Origin: a virus
Lineage: Duplodnaviria; Caudoviricetes
Strand: one strand, 5' to 3'
Length of the DNA: 51,967 bases
Virus record (IMG/VR): IMGVR_UViG_3300013117_000053
Coordinates: 1 to 51,967 of that record
In this document: piece after piece, positions 45,838 through 51,967 of the stretch
Numbering within the stretch: the stretch's first letter is position 1
Layout: the number at the start of each line of letters is the position of its first letter
The notes under the pieces: generated by a model
What the model was told of the DNA's origin: nothing
The model's database searches: none
The model's input: only the letters and a program-made list of their open reading frames with translations
Position numbers and translations under genes: made by a program

Positions 45838-48800
45838 GTGATATACGCGTAGCGGGCAACAACGTAAATCCTAGAGTAGTGGTAGTGACTGAGCCGCCGT
45901 CTGAGAGGACGTATATCGCTAACAAGGTGATGAGCAATGCTGTGATGCGAGTATTCCGCGAGAATGCTACAGCTTGTGGTTTTCATAGGGATGATTTTGT
46001 ATTCGTTACTCCTTGCCCGCCGATACCGGCGGACATGGCGGTAAGTGATAGCAGGACTAACGCTTACCTAGATCAGTACAGAGAGAGATTCATAGTGACA
46101 CTCAGACCTCTAGCCCAGCGGGCGGGGGTTGTTTTGTATTTGGGGCGATGGGCTGGACGGCAGGTAACAGGCAAGACTGTCAAGATCACCAAAGCGCGGG
46201 GGCGTATCCAGACTGTGAGCGGGGTGCCTGCCCCGGTACTCCCCCTTCTATCACCGGGACAAGTGCTGAGGCGACCGGAGAACCGGGATATATTTTCGTC
46301 TGATTTTAAGCTTGCCGGAAATCTACGGGAAGCGGATTGGAGTTTTCAGGAATACACTGACACGTTTGGTGAGCGTGATTATCGGTGGTGCCTTGATCTG
46401 TCACAGGAGATGGACATAGACAACCCTCCCCCGGCAATGGCGCTTGATGCAGAGTGGACAAGTCGAGAGCAGATCCGGAATGAAAAACCGTGGGGGGAAA
46501 AGCTGTGGTATAACGGGTTGCGGGTTCTTACGATACAGCTATCGTGGAGGGAAGGACAGGCGATTGCTATCCCTGTTGATTTAGCATACTGGAACGATGA
46601 AGAGTTGCGGGGCCGTACGAGTGCACACCTTCCTTACCTTAGTGAGCGAATGCGCCGAATGTTGATTATGCAATTACGGCGTGTTCTTGGTAATCCGAGT
46701 ACGGCAATAACAGGGCATTTCTTGAAAGCAGATCAGCATGCTCTGAAGACGCTGAATATCTTAGTACGGCGATGGCAACACGATACGGTACAGCTTGCTT
46801 TTGTGGTAGACGATAATATGCTGAGCAAGACGCTGGATGACTGCATTCGACGGTGGGAGCCAGCCATCGCAGGATACGCAGATGATTTCAATGATCTTGT
46901 GGACAAGGCGCGAATGGATGAAGTGCCGCATGACAGGCTGTTGCCGTATGCGTGCGGAGACTCGGATGCCAGTTTGCGGCTGTGCAAGACACTTGTGCGG
47001 GAAGCCAAGAAGGATGTAGCTAATTACCGATGCTATACTAAGATCCATATGCCTGCCCTTCGTACGTTTTTTAGAGTTGAGCGGTATGGGTTGAGGATGG
47101 ATCAGGAATCATTGATTGATCTTGTGCGGGTCGCAGGGGATGCTGAGCGAGAGTTGTATAACGATTTGATGCGGCAAATACCGCGCAGGCTCAAACAGAG
47201 GCATTTGGATAATCCGGAACACAAAGGTAAGATCCCGGAGGATATTCTGTCGTTTTCTCGACATGATTTTACGCGGGATGTGCTGTTTAGCGCGAGGCGG
47301 GAAGGGGGGCGGGGGTTAATGCCTAGGGTGTTTACAAAGACAACCGAGAACCTACCCCCGGCTGAGCGTGTGCCGTCAACGTCAAGTAAGGAGCATTTGC
47401 CGTACTTTGAGGAGGATACGTTTGTTGCGGATTTGATGGATTATCAGAAGTTGCAGAAGCTTCGTAGTACGTACATAGGTGCCCCGGCGTCTCAGAAGTA
47501 TCACGGGGTAAAACTGTTGAAGAGTGGTACGAAGTACGAGAAGCGGGCGCAGGATGTAATTGATAGGATTCTTGAGGATGAGAATTTTGATGTTCAGTAT
47601 GTGACACCTCCTCCTCCGGATGAGGAGATATGGCCGGAGGGGGATGAGGGTAATTTCCGTACTGGACGTGTCAAGGCGGGGCGGGAATTGGTTATTGATG
47701 TGGCGGGGCATCCGTGGTGGCGTGATATCGAAGATCCTACAGGTTTTTGGAAGTACTTGTCTGGTGAGGGGAATATACACCCAGCGTACATCTTGCACCG
47801 TACTAATACTGGACGTACAGCGTCATCGTCGCCAAACGGTCAGAACATACCAAAGCGGGGGAAGACCCCGCGTATGCAGGAGTTCATAGAGGCATATCGG
47901 CGGTGTTTTAGGGCTAGACCGGGGTATGTGCTGATTGAGGCTGATTTGTCGCAAGCTGAGCTGCGTTTGGCGGCATGGATGGCTAGAGAGCCTACTATGC
48001 TCCGAATCTATGCTATGGGTGGGGATATTCATGCGGCGACGGCGACAAAGGTGATGGGTATCACGATAGAAGAGTTTATGGCGTTACCCGATAAGCAGCG
48101 GAAGCTTGCGCGGTTTCGGGCAAAGGCTGTCAATTTTGGGTTTTGTATCGCAGAAGATTCGTTAGTGTTAACGAATGAGGGTCTTGTAAGGATTCAGGAT
48201 ATAACGATTAGACATCTTGTATGGGATGGTGTAGAGTGGGTTCGGCATTGTGGATTGGTGTACCGGGGTATACGAAAGGTGATAGAGTATGATGGGCTCA
48301 CAGCAACATCAGAGCATAAAGTGTGGTTGCAGGACGGACGGACGGTTTCGTTCGGGGAAGCAGCATCCAAGATGGAGAACGAACGAATCGCTGTTACGGC
48401 AATTGGGACAAAAGCAGTACGGGTGTCTTTTTCTGACGGGCCGGATAGAGAAGAGGGAGCGCAGTCGGAGGTACTGCGAAGCGGTATGCTCTATGTGCAG
48501 ACAGAGGTATTGGATTCTTGTGGACAACTTATTGTCAGGCAAGACTACAAACTGCAAATGTCAGCGAGCGAGAAAGTATCATGCGCCTCAGAATGTTGTT
48601 CGGACTCTTGGAGCACGGTACGATGCTATGGTACAGCGGTGCGAACGATGGACACACAGGAGTTCAGCGAACTACAAAGGAAGAGGGATACGCGTAGAGT
48701 TTCTTTCACGAGAGTCGTTTATCAGGTGGGCCTTAGAGATGTGGCCGGGTGTGACGTTCAAGGGGCTAGATTTCGACAGAATAAACAACGACGGGAATTA

Positions 48801-49547
48801 CTCGAAGAGCAATTTGCGGTTGGTATCGAGGCGAACGAATCTGCTGAACAGAACCAGAAAAAGGTCTATGACTTACTAGATGCGGGTCCTAGACGTAGGT
48901 TTACGGTTAATGGTAAGTTGGTATCAAATTGTTACGGCATGGGTTGGCGTAAGTTTATGAGCTATGCTAAGACTGAATACGGTATTGACGTGACAGAGCA
49001 GGAGGCGCAGAGAACGCGGGAGGCGTTCTTTGAGTTATACTCTGGGTTGTCTCCGTGGCACGATGGTATGCGGGCGTTTTGTCGCGAGCACGGATACGTG
49101 AGGGCACTGCACGGCGCTCTCAGGCGTTTGCCGTCTGTGTATTCCGATGATGAGCTAACGCAGTACGCTTCTGAACGGCAGGGCATAAATGCCCCGGTTC
49201 AACGCATGGCTTCTGATCTTGGGTTGATCGGTATGAATCGTTTTGCCGCTGATTGTCCGATGGATTGGGAGAATCCGTGGAGTGAAACCGATCTGATGCA
49301 CCCTATCGCGTTCATCCATGACGCTACGCAGATCGAAGCGCGAGAGGAAGTTGCGGAGGAGGCGGCGGGGGCACTTAAATGGTACATGCAGACGCCCCCC
49401 CTTCTGGAGTGGTTCAGTATAGAGCCTCCGATGGATATCGTGTCAGATGTGTCTATTGGTTACAACCTGCAAGAGTTAGAAGAAAGACCCGATGTAGAAG
49501 CCATACGACCAGAATGGGCGCGGGTACACGTTGTGGGGGATATGTAA
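45834..49547 (+). CDS. polA: Family A DNA polymerase with N-terminal UDG-like domain, 3'-5' exonuclease and intein (SPO1-like architecture)
   Basis: VVTEPP...ITKARG...SPGQVLR (UDG-like); LDAE and YACGD (exonuclease); TGRTASSSPNGQNIP, EADLSQAELR, KAVNFGF..YG, IHDA. Confidence 0.95.
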   Translation: MSDIRVAGNNVNPRVVVVTEPPSERTYIANKVMSNAVMRVFRENATACGFHRDDFVFVTPCPPIPADMAVSDSRTNAYLDQYRERFIVTLRPLAQRAGVVLYLGRWAGRQVTGKTVKITKARGRIQTVSGVPAPVLPLLSPGQVLRRPENRDIFSSDFKLAGNLREADWSFQEYTDTFGERDYRWCLDLSQEMDIDNPPPAMALDAEWTSREQIRNEKPWGEKLWYNGLRVLTIQLSWREGQAIAIPVDLAYWNDEELRGRTSAHLPYLSERMRRMLIMQLRRVLGNPSTAITGHFLKADQHALKTLNILVRRWQHDTVQLAFVVDDNMLSKTLDDCIRRWEPAIAGYADDFNDLVDKARMDEVPHDRLLPYACGDSDASLRLCKTLVREAKKDVANYRCYTKIHMPALRTFFRVERYGLRMDQESLIDLVRVAGDAERELYNDLMRQIPRRLKQRHLDNPEHKGKIPEDILSFSRHDFTRDVLFSARREGGRGLMPRVFTKTTENLPPAERVPSTSSKEHLPYFEEDTFVADLMDYQKLQKLRSTYIGAPASQKYHGVKLLKSGTKYEKRAQDVIDRILEDENFDVQYVTPPPPDEEIWPEGDEGNFRTGRVKAGRELVIDVAGHPWWRDIEDPTGFWKYLSGEGNIHPAYILHRTNTGRTASSSPNGQNIPKRGKTPRMQEFIEAYRRCFRARPGYVLIEADLSQAELRLAAWMAREPTMLRIYAMGGDIHAATATKVMGITIEEFMALPDKQRKLARFRAKAVNFGFCIAEDSLVLTNEGLVRIQDITIRHLVWDGVEWVRHCGLVYRGIRKVIEYDGLTATSEHKVWLQDGRTVSFGEAASKMENERIAVTAIGTKAVRVSFSDGPDREEGAQSEVLRSGMLYVQTEVLDSCGQLIVRQDYKLQMSASEKVSCASECCSDSWSTVRCYGTAVRTMDTQEFSELQRKRDTRRVSFTRVVYQVGLRDVAGCDVQGARFRQNKQRRELLEEQFAVGIEANESAEQNQKKVYDLLDAGPRRRFTVNGKLVSNCYGMGWRKFMSYAKTEYGIDVTEQEAQRTREAFFELYSGLSPWHDGMRAFCREHGYVRALHGALRRLPSVYSDDELTQYASERQGINAPVQRMASDLGLIGMNRFAADCPMDWENPWSETDLMHPIAFIHDATQIEAREEVAEEAAGALKWYMQTPPLLEWFSIEPPMDIVSDVSIGYNLQELEERPDVEAIRPEWARVHVVGDM
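48144..48929 (+). mobile_element. Intein (262 aa) inserted in PolA motif B
   Basis: NFGF|CIAEDSLV, ATSEHKV block B, VYDLLDAGPRRRFTVNGKLVSN|CYG. Confidence 0.93.
48289..48879 (+). CDS. HNH homing endonuclease nested in the +1 frame of the PolA intein
   Basis: C..C zinc motifs, NLLSGKTTNCKC, AMVQRC, NYKGRGIRV, DRINNDGNYSKSNLRLVS...N..N; SD AAGGTGA 6 nt before ATG. Confidence 0.88.
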   Translation: MMGSQQHQSIKCGCRTDGRFRSGKQHPRWRTNESLLRQLGQKQYGCLFLTGRIEKRERSRRYCEAVCSMCRQRYWILVDNLLSGKTTNCKCQRARKYHAPQNVVRTLGARYDAMVQRCERWTHRSSANYKGRGIRVEFLSRESFIRWALEMWPGVTFKGLDFDRINNDGNYSKSNLRLVSRRTNLLNRTRKRSMTY

Positions 49548-49549
49548 AA

Positions 49550-50518
49550 GTGACACCCTATTATCAGGATCAGTTGATTACGCTGTACCATGCGGGGTGT
49601 GAGGAAGTAATGGGGGGTATTCGTGGCGTAACAGCGGTTGTATCTGATCCCCCCTATGGTATTAGACTATTTCAACATAAGTGGGATTACAGTATACCTA
49701 GTGTTGCTATTCTGAGAATGATTAGAGTAGCGTGCTGCACTGGAAGTACATGGTTAGTGTTTGGGGGTACGAGAACAGTGCATCGACTTATGGTAAATAT
49801 CGAAGATGTAGGAATGCATCTAAAAGATATGATTATATGGGTGCATTCGCAGGGTTTTCCAAAGGGGCATGATATAGGGCAGGCGATTAATAAGAAGCGG
49901 GGAAAAGGTAAGGGGGATAAGTGGTTAGGTTATCGGAGTTGTCTAAAACCGGCGTGGGAGCCTATTGTAGTAGCTGAGTTTTCGTTTGAGGGTGCGTATT
50001 ACCAGCAGGCATTACGAGATGGGGTATCTGGACTCAATATAGATGCTTGTCGTATTGCTAGTGGAGGAGAGAGCAGAGTACAGGCGTACAGTGGGGGAGG
50101 GTTTCATAATACATATGGGGGTGAGTATGTATATACGGATAAGGGGCGGTATCCTGCTAATGTTATATTAGAGGACAGCCAAGAGGTACTTGCGGGTATG
50201 CCGAGAAATGTGCGTCGGTTATTCTTCTGCCCAAAAGCTAGTAAGCAAGAGAAAAGGTTAGAGGGTGGGGAAAGAAATAGACATCCTACGGTAAAGCCTT
50301 TGAAGCTGATGGAGTACTTAATTCGTATGGTGACTATGCCGGATAAGAATAAAATACTTGATCCTTATGCGGGGAGTGGTACGACGGGGGTAGCGTGTAA
50401 GCGACTAGGTATCAGGGCGGTTTTAGTTGAGCAAGAGGAGGAATGGTGTGAGGTTGCGGCACGTAGATTGCAGGGGTGTCAGCAGTTACCAAAAAGGCGC
50501 AGTTCTATTAGCCGGTGA
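49550..50518 (+). CDS. DNA N6/N4 methyltransferase, beta class
   Basis: VSDPPYG, GFPKG, LKPAWEPI, GRYPANV, HPTVKP, ILDPYAGSGTTG; GTG start inferred. Confidence 0.92.
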   Translation: MTPYYQDQLITLYHAGCEEVMGGIRGVTAVVSDPPYGIRLFQHKWDYSIPSVAILRMIRVACCTGSTWLVFGGTRTVHRLMVNIEDVGMHLKDMIIWVHSQGFPKGHDIGQAINKKRGKGKGDKWLGYRSCLKPAWEPIVVAEFSFEGAYYQQALRDGVSGLNIDACRIASGGESRVQAYSGGGFHNTYGGEYVYTDKGRYPANVILEDSQEVLAGMPRNVRRLFFCPKASKQEKRLEGGERNRHPTVKPLKLMEYLIRMVTMPDKNKILDPYAGSGTTGVACKRLGIRAVLVEQEEEWCEVAARRLQGCQQLPKRRSSISR

Positions 50519-50544
50519 CGGTCTGAAAACTTTTCAAATAGGGG

Positions 50545-50573
50545 TTGACAAAAGATCATTATCGTGCTATAGT
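50545..50573 (+). promoter_or_regulatory. Sigma70-type promoter (TTGACAAAAGA class)
   Basis: TTGACA-17 nt-TATAGT with extended -10 TG. Confidence 0.85.
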
Positions 50574-50626
50574 ATATCTTGACAATAAAGAACGGTCCTA
50601 CAGCGGACACTAACACGGAGGGAACA

Positions 50627-51052
50627 ATGCCAAGACTCAAACGCAGAACGCTTGAGACTACGGAGAACAGCAAGGGAGTCACCCCGGAGATGCGCAAGCT
50701 GGTAAAGGAGTATTTCTTTGCGAATGATGAGGCTAACGCTGCAAAGCGTAAGGCTGACAAGGCACGGAAGAGTCTGTTGGCGCATATGAAGGACGGCGGG
50801 GTTAGGTCGTTTGATACGCGGGCACAGACGGAGGAAACCACGCTGACGCTGACCGCTGTTGTCAAGACGGGTATGGTTACGGCTATCGACGTGGAGAAGC
50901 TTCGTAAGGTTGTCGGGGACGATCAGAAGTTCATGGGTATCGTTAGTGCTACGAAAACGGCAGTGACGGAGGCATGCGGTACGGCGGTTGCCGATCAGTG
51001 CGCAATCACGGCTCCGGGTAAGGAGAACGTCAAGGTTTCTGTAAAGAAGTAG
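50627..51052 (+). CDS. Hypothetical early protein (coiled-coil N-half)
   Basis: GGAGG SD before ATG 50627. Confidence 0.7.
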   Translation: MPRLKRRTLETTENSKGVTPEMRKLVKEYFFANDEANAAKRKADKARKSLLAHMKDGGVRSFDTRAQTEETTLTLTAVVKTGMVTAIDVEKLRKVVGDDQKFMGIVSATKTAVTEACGTAVADQCAITAPGKENVKVSVKK

Positions 51053-51122
51053 ATCCTCAATTCTCGCAATGGCTTCGAGCAGTGGCTTACCCTTGCCACC
51101 AAAAACGGATGGATCAAGACGG

Positions 51123-51967
51123 ATGAGTAATATCGACATCGTTACAGGTGATGCACTTGATGAACTGAAGAAGATAGACGCATCTTCTGTCGATCTCGTG
51201 ATTGCTGACCCTCCCTATAACCTTGGCAAAGACTATGGAAACAACCATGACGTCAAAGGGTTTGATGAATACCTTCAGTTCTCCAGAAACTGGCTCGGAG
51301 AAGCTCACCGCGTTCTGAAGCCAACAGGGACCCTCTATGTTTTCATGGGCTTCAGGTTCATCTCATACCTATATGATATTCTTGATCGTGATCTTCAGAT
51401 GTTCTTCAACACCTGGATCGTTTGGCATTACACGCAAGGAATGGGAAAAACGAAGGGCTTCTCTCCAAGGCATGATGACATCCTCATGTTCACAAAGGGG
51501 AAGAAAGCCAAATTCAACCTCGACGCGGTTCGTGTCCCGCAGAAGTTCTACAGGGAGAGGAACAACATGCGCGGGGCAAATCCTGGGGATGTCTGGGAGT
51601 TTTCCCATGTCCACTACTGCAACGGGAATAGACAGAACCATCCAACCCAGAAACCAGAAGGACTCATTGAGCGCATGGTTCTCGCATCATCGGATGAAGG
51701 GGACCTAGTTCTTGACCCGTTTTCGGGAAGCGGCACAACGCTGCGTGTGTGCCAGCAGCTGGATAGAGATGCCGTCGGAATTGAGATCAATCCTGACTAC
51801 GTCACAATGACAAGAGACAGACTCGGAACTTCATTCTCTGGTTTTGACAGCGTTGATCCTCGCATGGAGCGAGTTCCTCGTGACCTCCGACGACCTGAAC
51901 TCCGTCAGGAGTACTTGGAGAACCACAGGAAGTGGTTCCTTGCGCGCCACGAGAATGCAGCTCAGAA
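51123..51967 (+). CDS. DNA N6/N4 methyltransferase, beta class, truncated by the window end (absent from the ORF track)
   Basis: MSNIDIVTGDAL, IADPPYNLGK, HPTQKPEGL, VLDPFSGSGTT; frame open to the end. Confidence 0.9.
   Translation, partial: MSNIDIVTGDALDELKKIDASSVDLVIADPPYNLGKDYGNNHDVKGFDEYLQFSRNWLGEAHRVLKPTGTLYVFMGFRFISYLYDILDRDLQMFFNTWIVWHYTQGMGKTKGFSPRHDDILMFTKGKKAKFNLDAVRVPQKFYRERNNMRGANPGDVWEFSHVHYCNGNRQNHPTQKPEGLIERMVLASSDEGDLVLDPFSGSGTTLRVCQQLDRDAVGIEINPDYVTMTRDRLGTSFSGFDSVDPRMERVPRDLRRPELRQEYLENHRKWFLARHENAAQ

Larger units (their letters stand above)
675..50536. repeat. Dispersed palindrome TGAAA-N3-TTTCA (16 copies)
   Basis: Core starts at 675, 2278, 4120, 4485, 11007, 17126, 20115, 23519, 26849, 31623, 33004, 37407, 40998, 42919, 45628 (1 mismatch) and 50524. 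Confidence 0.9.

Noticed and set aside
675-50536. TGAAA-N3-TTTCA repeats as a CRISPR array or CcpA cre sites
   Set aside because: Copies are kilobases apart with no spacer periodicity; the core is 13 bp without the central CG of the 14-bp cre consensus.
1-51967. Genome-wide TAG stop-codon reassignment
   Set aside because: Two in-frame TAG continuations (31618, 51050) were noted, but conserved genes are intact under the standard code and many end properly at TAG.
1-51967. tRNA, rRNA, endolysin, integrase or repressor genes
   Set aside because: None recognised by eye; they may lie outside the window or be too divergent to spot without searches.

Overview
About 52 kb of a tailed dsDNA phage or prophage (Caudoviricetes, HK97-type head, non-contractile-type tail module), incomplete at both ends, with essentially all real genes on the + strand. 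Gene order: terS, ParB-N, C5 methyltransferase, terL; an ~8 kb accessory block; intein-containing portal, receiver-domain protein, MuF-ART fusion, prohead protease, major capsid; neck and tail genes with a -1 frameshift chaperone and a short tape measure; Cys/Ser-rich tail proteins followed by a sulfotransferase/Stealth/Erv-oxidase/glycosyltransferase locus; an AAA/DUF1257/DUF2997-type module and GroES; replication genes (initiator, loader, DnaB, UDG-fused PolA with intein); further methyltransferases. No integrase, endolysin, tRNA or CRISPR array was recognised. Main discoveries: (1) a phage-borne array of seven attC-like hairpins (7130-9875) plus an attI-like end (~10151-10190). The sites show offset core-site complementarity, are inverted relative to the genes and keep reading-frame register; the cassettes include three DNA methyltransferases, and an orphan cassette lies at ~45.2-45.5 kb. 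(2) An HNH endonuclease overprinted in the +1 frame inside the PolA intein. (3) Sixteen dispersed TGAAA-N3-TTTCA palindromes, four at a fixed distance upstream of promoters. (4) A candidate virion glycosylation, sulfation and disulfide-formation locus. All family assignments come from motif recognition by eye, not from database searches.
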